From: an uncultured Ruminococcus sp.
GTDB taxonomy: Bacteria; Bacillota; Clostridia; UBA1212
Length of the DNA: 44,273 nt
Assembly: GCA_902782645.1 (NCBI GenBank)
Contig: CACZNV010000115.1
Coordinates: forward strand, 1 to 44,273
Reading direction: 5' to 3'
The position numbers and the translations under genes are program-made. Under the pieces are notes generated by a model. The model saw only the letters and a list, made by a program, of their open reading frames with translations, had not been told where the DNA came from and searched no databases. How positions within the stretch are numbered: position 1 is the stretch's first letter; each line of letters begins with the position of its first letter. Positions 29,575 through 40,873 of the stretch are shown piece after piece.

Positions 29575-29600
29575 AACGGGACATTTGCTCCCGTTTTTTT
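29575..29600 (+). terminator. Intrinsic terminator after dnaA
   Basis: AACGGGA/TCCCGTT stem with a 7-nt loop, followed by a T7 run. Confidence 0.75.
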
Positions 29601-29681
29601 GTTCTTTCCGCAGCCCTTTTCAAAGTAATTTCAAGCCCATGAAACCGCCAATTTTACCCTTCACCACCCCTCCGCAGGAAA

Positions 29682-29794
29682 CAACCCACAGAAAAACTGC
29701 CGAAATGTCGGTAAAAAGGTATTTTCACCACATGAAACCCACAATACAATTTATCTATTTATAGATGAATATCAACGTTATCCACTTTCCCACA
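29682..29794 (+). promoter_or_regulatory. Cluster of five co-oriented DnaA-box-like 9-mers in the dnaA-dnaN spacer (candidate oriC half)
   Basis: CAACCCACA 29682, TTCACCACA 29724, AAACCCACA 29735, TTATCCACT 29778 (8/9 to TTATCCACA), TTTCCCACA 29786. An A/T-rich stretch follows at 29795-29845. Confidence 0.55.
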
Positions 29795-29900
29795 TTCTCT
29801 ATTAATACAACTATGAAAACAACTAAAAAAAAGATGATTAACGGGCTTTTGCGCCCTTCTTTTTTGTTTGTAAAAATCTGTTAAGACGGGCTCTTATTGC

Positions 29901-29929
29901 TTTACAAAAAAGCCGGAAAATAGTATAAT
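29901..29929 (+). promoter_or_regulatory. Candidate sigma-A promoter for dnaN (TTTACA-17-TATAAT)
   Basis: TTTACA at 29901-29906 and TATAAT at 29924-29929. Confidence 0.55.
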
Positions 29930-29966
29930 CAAGGTATCATCTTCCCGTTAAAAAAGGAGGTAATTT

Positions 29967-31079
29967 ATGAAGTTTACATGCAATAGAGATATGCTGGCGG
30001 AAGGCCTTTCCATCGTTCAGAAAGCTATTCCTTCAAAATCAAATTACCCTGCGCTGGAGTGCGTTATGATCGATGTCAGCGAGGATCTCATTTTGACGGG
30101 TTCGGACACCGATCTCAGCATCACTTATCAGGTTCCTGTCATGATTATAGAGGAGATTGGACAGTCGCTCGTAAACGCAAAGGTTTTTTACGATATAGTC
30201 AGAAGACTTCCTGATATATACGTGACAATCGAAACCCAGGAAAAAGGCGGAAACCTGATAGTAAACAGCGGAAAAGCACACTTCGAAGTTCCCACAATAA
30301 ATCCGGAACAGTATCCTAAAATCAGTTTTTTGTCAGAAGAGGAAGACAATGTACTGGAGCTTCCCGCAGCAACTCTCGGAAATATGATAAAACAGACTGC
30401 GTTTGCCGCAAGCCAGGACAGCGCAAGAATGATTTTGAGAGGTGTTTTAATCGAAAATTCCGGCGGTCTTTTAAAGTTTGTGGCCATTGACGGATACAGA
30501 CTTGCGGTTAAGACTTCCCCAAGTGCATATCAGGAAGACTTTAAGATAGTTGTTCCCGCAAAAGTGCTCAGCGAGATGGCTAAAATCATCGAAAAGAGCG
30601 AGACCAACATTAAGTTCTGCTTCAGCGAGACCCAGGTTATGTTTTTTAACGATAACTTCTCTCTCGTTTCAGGCCTTCTCAAAGGAGAATTTCCTGATTA
30701 TAACATGCTTCTTCCGAAGGAATACAAGTGTGTTATGGCAGTAAAGAACCAGACCTTTGTGGATACCATCGAAAGAGTTTCACTGGTCATTGTTGACGAT
30801 AAAAAGTGGTTTGTAGATCTTACCACTTATCCGGATCAGGTATTTATATGCGCCAACGGTGAAAACGGAAAATCCCACGAGACCGTTCCGGCGGATATTT
30901 CCGGACAGGAAGTGCTTATATCGTTTAACGTTAAAAACCTGACCGAGTGTCTGAAGGCAATCGAAAAGGAGAATATCACCGTTAACTTCTCATCCGAAAA
31001 GGGTCCATGCGTCATCAACTCGGAAGAGGACAGTTCATATTTCATTCTCCTTATGCCTGTGAAGCACAAATCAAGGTGA
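29967..31079 (+). CDS. dnaN: DNA polymerase III beta sliding clamp
   Basis: 370 aa with the three-domain clamp pattern. N-terminus MKFTCNRDML...L and synteny after dnaA. AGGAGG RBS present. Confidence 0.95.
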   Translation: MKFTCNRDMLAEGLSIVQKAIPSKSNYPALECVMIDVSEDLILTGSDTDLSITYQVPVMIIEEIGQSLVNAKVFYDIVRRLPDIYVTIETQEKGGNLIVNSGKAHFEVPTINPEQYPKISFLSEEEDNVLELPAATLGNMIKQTAFAASQDSARMILRGVLIENSGGLLKFVAIDGYRLAVKTSPSAYQEDFKIVVPAKVLSEMAKIIEKSETNIKFCFSETQVMFFNDNFSLVSGLLKGEFPDYNMLLPKEYKCVMAVKNQTFVDTIERVSLVIVDDKKWFVDLTTYPDQVFICANGENGKSHETVPADISGQEVLISFNVKNLTECLKAIEKENITVNFSSEKGPCVINSEEDSSYFILLMPVKHKSR

Positions 31080-31083
31080 AAAA

Positions 31084-32226
31084 TTGATAATTAAAGAGTT
31101 AGAGCTTCATAATTTCAGAAATTACAAAAGCCTCAATCTCGAGTTTTCCCAATCCATAAACGTTATATACGGGAAAAACGGATATGGAAAAACCAACCTG
31201 CTTGAGGCTATGTTTTTGTGCTGTATAGGAAAGTCGTTTAAGGCAATCAAAGACGAGGAACTCATACAATACGGTGAGAACAGCTATAAAGTCAAGATAA
31301 GGACCGGAGATTCTCTCTGCAACAGCATAAGCGTTTACTACGAAAAAAACAAATCCAAGTATATTGAAATAGATGGAGTGTATATCGACAAGCTGAGAAT
31401 GCTTTTCGGAAACCTGATCGGAATTATGTTTTCGCCGGAATCCATGAGAATAGTCACCGACGGGCCACTATACAGAAGAAAGCTGCTTGATATAGCTCTT
31501 TGCCAGATCAAAAAGGACTACTATTTCAGCCTGATGATGTACAATAAGTTCTGCAAGGAGAAGGGTATACTTCTTGAGCAGAGAAGGTCCGGAGACGACC
31601 TTGAACTGGAAGTGATAAATGAGAAGATTGCCGAGTACGGATCCGCAATAGCTGTGGACAGGTATGAGTTTGTAAAGCAGCTGAACGAGATTGCCGGTAA
31701 ATATTACTCATTTATATTTGACAAAGAGGAGTCCGTCACCATGAGGTATTACCCGTACATCCATTCGTTGAACGCGGCAATAGGTGAAAAAGCGGCTGCG
31801 GGTGATATGTCAGAATTCTCGGTAGAAAAGGTAAAAAACGCCTTTTTGGAGGAGCTCTCGGATGAGAGGCTTAAGAAAAGGGAGAGGGATTTCGGGAAGA
31901 ACCTGATCGGAATCCAGCGGGATGACATCGGAATGGACCTTGGCGGCAACAGTTTGAGGAGCTTCGGGTCCCAGGGACAGAAGAGAAGCTACGCCATTGC
32001 AATAAAGATGGCTGAGCTTGAGGTTTTAAGGGAAAAATCCGGAAGAACGCCGGTGCTTTTCCTTGACGATGTGCTGTCGGAACTTGACAATACGAGAAAA
32101 AGCAAAATAGTCGAGCTGACGAAAAACATACAGACGATCTACACCTGCACGGACAGGGAAATGATGCGTCCGTCAAACACCGGAAACATCCCGGTAAACT
32201 TCATAGATGTTGAAAAATTGAGATAA
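31084..32226 (+). CDS. recF: DNA replication and repair protein RecF
   Basis: TTG start. L.L.NFRNY N-terminus, Walker A GKNGYGKTNLLEA, signature SQGQKR, Walker B LFLDDVLSELD. Confidence 0.93.
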   Translation: MIIKELELHNFRNYKSLNLEFSQSINVIYGKNGYGKTNLLEAMFLCCIGKSFKAIKDEELIQYGENSYKVKIRTGDSLCNSISVYYEKNKSKYIEIDGVYIDKLRMLFGNLIGIMFSPESMRIVTDGPLYRRKLLDIALCQIKKDYYFSLMMYNKFCKEKGILLEQRRSGDDLELEVINEKIAEYGSAIAVDRYEFVKQLNEIAGKYYSFIFDKEESVTMRYYPYIHSLNAAIGEKAAAGDMSEFSVEKVKNAFLEELSDERLKKRERDFGKNLIGIQRDDIGMDLGGNSLRSFGSQGQKRSYAIAIKMAELEVLREKSGRTPVLFLDDVLSELDNTRKSKIVELTKNIQTIYTCTDREMMRPSNTGNIPVNFIDVEKLR

Positions 32227-32273
32227 AAAATGGTAAAATAAAAGCGTATTTTTTCGAATCCGAGGAGAAGAAA

Positions 32274-34498
<2,225 letters not shown>

Positions 34499-34511
34499 CG
34501 AAAATGCTGAA

Positions 34512-34536
34512 GCGGCGCCCGGAGGGCGCCGCGCAA
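34512..34536 (+). repeat. GC hairpin after gyrB containing left copy of a 20-nt repeat
   Basis: GCGGCGCCC-GGA-GGGCGCCGC is a perfect 9-bp stem. 34517-34536 (GCCCGGAGGGCGCCGCGCAA) is 19/20 identical to 37163-37182. Confidence 0.7.
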
Positions 34537-34654
34537 ACGCTTTTCCGGGAAAATTTATTTTGCCGGAAAGCGTTTCATACAAAAAACTCTAACCAATCTC
34601 TGAAGCCCGGCGTCAAGGCGGAGCCTGCGACAGTCCGGAGAACGGAAGTATGAA

Positions 34655-35416
34655 ATGGCTGCTAAGATTATAGCGATCGCAAATCAAAAAGGCGGAGTGG
34701 GCAAGACCACCACGGCGATAAACCTCAGCGCTTGCATTGCCCACTACGGCAGGAGGGTGCTCCTTGTGGACCTTGATCCCCAGGGAAACGCCACCACCGG
34801 TCTCGGCATCAACAAAAAGGTTCTGGAGAAGTCGTCCTATGACGCTGTGATCAACGACGAGCCCGCAAACGAAATCATCCTGAAAACATCTCAGGAAAAC
34901 CTGTTCATAATGCCGTCAAACATCGAGCTTGCCGGCGCGGAGGTTGAGCTTGTGAGCCTCATGTCCAGGGAAAGCAAGCTGAAGCTGGCTCTTGACGAGG
35001 TCAGGGATGACTACGACTACGTCTTCATCGACTGCCCGCCGGCCCTGGGCCTGCTCACCCTTAACGCTCTTACGGCTGCGGATACGGTGCTGGTGCCCAT
35101 TCAGTGCGAGTTTTATGCGCTTGAGGGCCTTTCTCAGCTGCTTGACACGGTAAAGAAGGTGCAGAAATACCTGAACCGCAGGCTTAACGTGGAGGGCGTG
35201 GTTATGACCATGTTTGACGTGAGAACCAATCTTTCGGCAGAGGTGGTGGAGGAGGTCAGAAAGTTTTTCGGCGACAAGGTTTACAAGACCATGATTCCGA
35301 GAAACATTCGCCTTGGCGAGGCCCCCAGCTACGGAGAGCCCATCATCCAGTATGACGCCAAATCAAAGGGCACAGAGGCTTACCTGGCATTGGCGAAAGA
35401 GGTTCTTGACAAGTGA
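34655..35416 (+). CDS. parA: Chromosome partitioning ATPase ParA/Soj
   Basis: Deviant Walker A motif KGGVGKTT and full-length Soj similarity. Confidence 0.93.
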   Translation: MAAKIIAIANQKGGVGKTTTAINLSACIAHYGRRVLLVDLDPQGNATTGLGINKKVLEKSSYDAVINDEPANEIILKTSQENLFIMPSNIELAGAEVELVSLMSRESKLKLALDEVRDDYDYVFIDCPPALGLLTLNALTAADTVLVPIQCEFYALEGLSQLLDTVKKVQKYLNRRLNVEGVVMTMFDVRTNLSAEVVEEVRKFFGDKVYKTMIPRNIRLGEAPSYGEPIIQYDAKSKGTEAYLALAKEVLDK

Positions 35417-35521
35417 CAGCTGCGTTGGCAGGCAGCAAAGGTTTTTAACGGGCAACATTAGTTTTTACAGGTAAAATAGGGAAAAAGGCAATTCATCAAA
35501 GGTCTTACGGAGGGAGAACAG

Positions 35522-36421
35522 ATGTCTAAAAAGAAAAGATCAAACGGTCTTGGACTTGGAATCGAAGCACTGTTTCAAAACAACACAGGGCCCGAGGCAT
35601 CGGAAGTTGTGACAAACTCGGTGATGGAAGTGAAAATCAGCGACATTGAGCCCGATGAGGGACAGCCGAGAAAGAATTTTGACTTCGAAAAAATTAACGA
35701 ACTCGCGGAGTCGATAAAGGCCCACGGGGTTATACAGCCGCTTATCGTGAGAAACGAGGGCTCCGTGTATAAGATTATTGCCGGTGAGCGCAGGTGGCGT
35801 GCGGCGAGAATTGCGGGCCTTGAGACGGTGCCTGTCATCGAGAGAAGCGTGACGAAAAAAGAGGTTCTTGAGATTGCCCTCATTGAGAATATTCAGAGGG
35901 AGGACCTGAACCCCATCGAAGAGGCGGAGGCTTTTGAGAGGCTTATAAGGGATTTCGGACTGACCCAGGAGTCATTGGCGTCAACCGTATCAAAAAGCAG
36001 GTCGGATATTACAAACTCCATAAGGCTGCTCTCCCTTGGCGATGAAGTGAAGACCATGATCGCCTCCGGACAGCTCACGAAGGGCCACGGAAAAGCGCTG
36101 CTGGGACTGAATCCGGCAATTGACAGCGCCAAAGTCGCCAAGGCAATCACCGAACAGAACCTGAACGTCAGGCAGGCCGAAAATCTTGTCAGCAGGTACA
36201 ACTCGCTGAAGAGCGGAACCGAGGCAAAGAAGGCTGCCCAGGAAAACGGCGCGGAAGAGTACGTGATTGCGAAGAAGGACGTTGAGGCAAAACTTAAGAG
36301 AAAGATCGGTGCGAAAGTAACCCTCGTGGAGAAATCGAAAAACGGAAGAGGAAAACTTCAGATTTACTATTATTCAGCGGACGAAAGAGAAAGAATAATA
36401 GAGATGCTGCTGGGTGATTGA
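35522..36421 (+). CDS. parB: Chromosome partitioning protein ParB/Spo0J
   Basis: Intact CTP-binding boxes (GQPRKNF, GERRWRAARIA, ENIQREDLNPIEE). HTH SKSRSDITNSIRLLSL and GHGKALL. Confidence 0.93.
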   Translation: MSKKKRSNGLGLGIEALFQNNTGPEASEVVTNSVMEVKISDIEPDEGQPRKNFDFEKINELAESIKAHGVIQPLIVRNEGSVYKIIAGERRWRAARIAGLETVPVIERSVTKKEVLEIALIENIQREDLNPIEEAEAFERLIRDFGLTQESLASTVSKSRSDITNSIRLLSLGDEVKTMIASGQLTKGHGKALLGLNPAIDSAKVAKAITEQNLNVRQAENLVSRYNSLKSGTEAKKAAQENGAEEYVIAKKDVEAKLKRKIGAKVTLVEKSKNGRGKLQIYYYSADERERIIEMLLGD

Positions 36422-36446
36422 CAGCGCAGAATGAAAGGAGACGGCA

Positions 36447-37151
36447 ATGAACGATTTTTTTGATAAACTGTCCAAGTTGATGTCCTTTGAGACACAGGTA
36501 TACGTTTTCATCGGCGTGCTCCTCGTGCTTCTCCTCCTGTGCTTTATACTTCTTATCGTGGTCGGATCGAAGTGCAAAAAACTCGCAAGAAGAGTGGAAA
36601 AGCTTGAGGACAGCATGGGCCTTGGCGAGTCTGAGGAAGAAACGGAAGAGCCTGAGGCGGATGAAGATTTGGAAAGCGACGCCGAAGACGCCAATGCTCC
36701 CGAAACCGTAGAGATCAGCAGCGAAGAAAACGGCGCGGAAGATGCTCCTGAGGTTGAGGAAGAGACCTTTGAGCAGGAAGAGGCTCAGGAAGCTCCGGAG
36801 GGAACCGTTGTGGGAGAGGCTGTTTTGCTTGGCGAGCAGAAGATTTTCAACGAGACCGTGGAGAACGAAATCAACGCACTCAAGGAAAAAACCGATATTC
36901 TCACCAAAAACCAGCGAAAGAGCTTTGACAAAATCAAAGTTGTGCGGTATAGTTCAAATCTGCCGGACGGAACCGAAACCACGGGCTACTCCATCGGCAT
37001 TACAAACCAGGACAATGACGGCATAGTTCTCACCGGAACCGAACAGCAGGACGGCGGAACAATGCTCATCGTTAAATCCGTTAAAGGCGGTGTGAGCAAG
37101 GTGCCTCTCACACCTGCGGAGGACTGTGCGGTGCAGAGAACCGCAAAATGA
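36447..37151 (+). CDS. DUF4446 family membrane protein with an acidic insertion
   Basis: N-terminal TM helix and a conserved C-terminal core VVRYSSN...GYSIGITNQDNDGIVLTG...PLTPAE. Located directly after parB, as is usual for DUF4446. Confidence 0.75.
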   Translation: MNDFFDKLSKLMSFETQVYVFIGVLLVLLLLCFILLIVVGSKCKKLARRVEKLEDSMGLGESEEETEEPEADEDLESDAEDANAPETVEISSEENGAEDAPEVEEETFEQEEAQEAPEGTVVGEAVLLGEQKIFNETVENEINALKEKTDILTKNQRKSFDKIKVVRYSSNLPDGTETTGYSIGITNQDNDGIVLTGTEQQDGGTMLIVKSVKGGVSKVPLTPAEDCAVQRTAK

Positions 37152-37152
37152 G

Positions 37153-37195
37153 TTGCGGACAGGCCCGGAGGGCGCTGCGCAATAATTCTTTTTAG
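37153..37195 (+). repeat. Hairpin after DUF4446 gene containing right copy of the 20-nt repeat, followed by a T-run
   Basis: TTGCG...CGCAA outer stem with a GGCCC-GGA-GGGC core. 37163-37182 is GCCCGGAGGGCGCTGCGCAA, followed by TAATTCTTTTT. Confidence 0.6.
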
Positions 37196-37202
37196 GAGTT
37201 GA

Positions 37203-38513
<1,311 letters not shown>

Positions 38514-38539
38514 CCTTGCAGACATAAGCAAACAAGTGG

Positions 38540-38583
38540 CAGGCTCCCCCGGAAGAACGGCTTCAGCGGGAGCCTGTTCTTTA
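38540..38583 (+). terminator. Intrinsic terminator after serS
   Basis: CAGGCTCCC/GGGAGCCTG 9-bp stem (38540-38548 with 38568-38576) followed by TTCTTT. Confidence 0.65.
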
Positions 38584-38639
38584 TACAAATATTCCTATAA
38601 ATTCGGAAAAAACAGAATCAAATAATAAATAAAAACGGA

Positions 38640-39797
38640 TTATTCCGCGCTGTCCTGAACATATTCCTCAAAGGCGTCTCTTTTCGGAAAAGAAATCACG
38701 GGAGCGCCGACGGCGGGGAAGCTTATCACAGGCTTCTTATTTGATACGGCTGCGTCTTCCGCCCCGTCTCCGGCAACGGGTTCATTGGCGGGTTCAGGCA
38801 GCAGACCGCCTGCAGTTTTGGGAATTCTTATTGTAAGCTCAATAAAATCACCGTCTTCGCCGCTGCTCACCGTCACAGGCACGCCGCTCTTTTTCAGGGC
38901 GCAGATGTCCTGCTTAAGGGCCTTGAAACAGGCCTTTCTTTCGCTGTCAAGGGATGCCGGCAGGTCCTTCAAAGCGCCTACAATCAGCTGGGAGTAAGCC
39001 TCCCTGCCCAGTTCCTTCAGGGATTTGTCCTTCATCAGCTTTCCCAGCTGCTCGGCTTTGGTGGAGCTCGACTTGCGTTTGATGAAATTGCCAAGGGCAA
39101 GAAGCTGCATCTCCTCGGATTCAATGTTAAGCAGCGCCCTGCCGTGGCGCTCGGAAAGCCCTGAGACGGCAAACTGATTTAAAACGGGCCCGCTCAGTTT
39201 GCAGAGCCTCATTTTGTTTGAGATGGAGGACTGGGACTGACCGAACCATAAGATCAGATCCTTCTGGTCAAGGCCAACTGCGGAAACAAGATACCTGTAG
39301 GCAAGGGCAATCTCCACCGTGCCCGATGTCTTGGCGGTGCAGAGAGCAACACAGGAGAGGGCCTCGTCAGTCATTTCCTCCGGAATCTCGTAAATATGCG
39401 CCCGGAGAACGCCGGACCGCTGACCGCCCGGAACCGCCACAGCGCCGTCGGCAGGCCTAATCAGCCTGTATTCGGAGGGACCGGTCCTGAGCACCACAGG
39501 GGCAAGCTTCCCCGCAGAGGAGGCGGCCTTGTCCCCCACCACGCCAAGGTATTTATCCAGCGGCAAGCCGCTGAGGAGAAAAACCCGGGAGGTTAAAACC
39601 TCGCCAAGCCGTGAGGTCACCCGCTTCAGTCGCGCGGACAAGCCGCGCTCCTCTGACCTAACTGCCCCGCGGCTGTAAACATCTGCGGGAGGTGCGCCGG
39701 GGTCAAAATACAGGTTTCCCGAAGGACAGTTGTTCCCGGGGGCAGTCGCATCCTCATAAAAGAAGACAGAATTTCGTTCATCTTTAGTGTTTTTCAT
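38640..39797 (-). CDS. ParB-family paralogue with Noc-type helix-turn-helix and degenerate N-terminal CTP-binding domain
   Basis: Track ORF 38640-40034 trimmed to the ATG at 39797 (MKNTKDER) behind GGAGGAA. The removed 79 codons translate A/T-rich intergenic DNA. HTH GQSQSSISNKMRLCKL...SERHGRALL and C-terminal DFIELTIRIPK. Confidence 0.75.
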   Translation of the reverse strand: MKNTKDERNSVFFYEDATAPGNNCPSGNLYFDPGAPPADVYSRGAVRSEERGLSARLKRVTSRLGEVLTSRVFLLSGLPLDKYLGVVGDKAASSAGKLAPVVLRTGPSEYRLIRPADGAVAVPGGQRSGVLRAHIYEIPEEMTDEALSCVALCTAKTSGTVEIALAYRYLVSAVGLDQKDLILWFGQSQSSISNKMRLCKLSGPVLNQFAVSGLSERHGRALLNIESEEMQLLALGNFIKRKSSSTKAEQLGKLMKDKSLKELGREAYSQLIVGALKDLPASLDSERKACFKALKQDICALKKSGVPVTVSSGEDGDFIELTIRIPKTAGGLLPEPANEPVAGDGAEDAAVSNKKPVISFPAVGAPVISFPKRDAFEEYVQDSAE

Positions 39798-39840
39798 ATT
39801 TCCTCCTTCCGGCCTAAAGCCGCATTTGAATGTTGTGGTA

Positions 39841-39868
39841 ATTATACATAAACGACATGCCCAATCAA
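39841..39868 (-). promoter_or_regulatory. Candidate promoter of the ParB-family paralogue (TTGATT-16-TATAAT on - strand)
   Basis: Reverse complement of 39863-39868 is TTGATT and of 39841-39846 is TATAAT. Confidence 0.4.
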
Positions 39869-40036
39869 TCAAAAGACAACAATCGCTTGATAAGAAGGAT
39901 AAAATATATAAAAGAAAAGTAATAAATATAATTAGAGAGACTGAAAACGGAAAAATCGCAAAGGGGCGGTATGCAACGCCAAAATTTACCTTTTTTTGCG
40001 GGAAAATGCGATTCCTTAAAATTGGCGGGGTCAATT

Positions 40037-40066
40037 AAAAAAACGCTTGACAAAGAAATAATGCTT
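40037..40066 (+). promoter_or_regulatory. Candidate sigma-A promoter of the rpsL-rpsG-fusA operon (TTGACA-18-TATAAT)
   Basis: TTGACA at 40037-40042 and TATAAT at 40061-40066. It predicts a ~155-nt structured leader before rpsL. Confidence 0.55.
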
Positions 40067-40226
40067 GCATTATAATTCCTAAGCTTGCCGCCTTGTGCGG
40101 TGTTGCCTTTTTGCGGTCTTAAAACCCACAAAACCCTTGTAAAGAGGGCTTTCCCGGGTTAAAACGGCGGGAAGACATCGCTAAACGGGACGAAGAGCAA
40201 AAATAACGAAGGAGGTGAATTGATAG

Positions 40227-40646
40227 ATGCCAACATTTAACCAATTGGTTCGCAAGGGAAGACAGACCGTGACTTACAAGTCTACAGCTCCTGCTCTGCA
40301 GAAGGGTTTTAACTCGCTTCAGAAGAAGAGCATAGACATCAGCAGCCCTCAGAAAAGAGGCGTTTGCACAAACGTAAGAACAACTACACCGAAGAAGCCT
40401 AACTCCGCTCTCAGAAAGATTGCCAGGGTCAGACTGACAAACGGTATGGAAGTCACCGCTTACATTCCCGGAATCGGCCACAATCTGCAGGAGCACAGCG
40501 TAGTGCTTATCAGAGGCGGCAGGGTTAAAGATCTCCCTGGTGTAAGGTACCACATTATCAGAGGTTCTCTCGATACAGCGGGCGTTACCAACAGAATGCA
40601 GGGTAGATCCAAGTACGGCGCTAAGGTGCCGAAGGCAAAGAAATAA
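40227..40646 (+). CDS. rpsL: 30S ribosomal protein S12
   Basis: [12 protein letters not shown]...[10 protein letters not shown]...[22 protein letters not shown] present. Confidence 0.97.
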   Translation: MPTFNQLVRKGRQTVTYKSTAPALQKGFNSLQKKSIDISSPQKRGVCTNVRTTTPKKPNSALRKIARVRLTNGMEVTAYIPGIGHNLQEHSVVLIRGGRVKDLPGVRYHIIRGSLDTAGVTNRMQGRSKYGAKVPKAKK

Positions 40647-40709
40647 TCGTTCATTTTCGGAAGCCCGGAAGTGATTCAGGGTCCAAACACAAAATGAACG
40701 ATTGTTTTT
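40645..40709 (+). terminator. Terminator/attenuator-like hairpin starting in the rpsL stop codon
   Basis: Perfect 13-bp stem AATCGTTCATTTT/AAAATGAACGATT (40645-40657 with 40691-40703) and a 33-nt loop, followed by GTTTTTG. Confidence 0.5.
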
Positions 40710-40716
40710 GCCGATG

Positions 40717-40730
40717 ATTTCCCATGAAAT
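40717..40730. repeat. Palindrome ATTTCCCATGAAAT (ATTTC-N4-GAAAT), Noc-binding-site-like
   Basis: 12/14 match to ATTTCCCGGGAAAT. It shares flanks with the copy at 40860. Confidence 0.35.
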
Positions 40731-40859
40731 TGTTTTGGCAAGCTGCCAAGCGGCTTTAAGGTTAAGCTTAAGTTTAAGGCCGGGAAGCAGCGGTTAGTCG
40801 GACAACGTGAGCCGACTAAGGGTGCCGGTTACTGAAAACGAATAAATTACGTCAAAATG

Positions 40860-40873
40860 ATTTCATGAGAAAT
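40860..40873. repeat. Palindrome ATTTCATGAGAAAT (ATTTC-N4-GAAAT)
   Basis: Second copy of the ATGATTTC-N4-GAAATT motif, 143 bp from the first. Confidence 0.35.

Noticed and set aside
29570-29764. 64-aa ORF in the dnaA-dnaN spacer.
   Set aside because: It overlaps the dnaA terminator and the DnaA-box cluster, has no RBS, and has Pro/Phe-rich nonsense composition.
35211-35226. parS-like TGTTTGACGTGAGAAC inside parA.
   Set aside because: It matches the parS consensus at only 12/16 positions and the right half-site is disrupted. This is probably chance within coding sequence.
39798-40034. N-terminal 79 codons of track ORF 38640-40034, which look like a hydrophobic membrane anchor.
   Set aside because: This stretch translates A/T-rich promoter DNA. 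A strong GGAGGAA RBS and ATG at 39797, plus a promoter at 39841-39868, indicate the shorter protein.
40122-40130. A further exact AAACCCACA copy in the rpsL leader.
   Set aside because: It is a single isolated 9-mer far from dnaA. It is plausibly chance, so I mention it only in case a genome-wide motif search finds enrichment.
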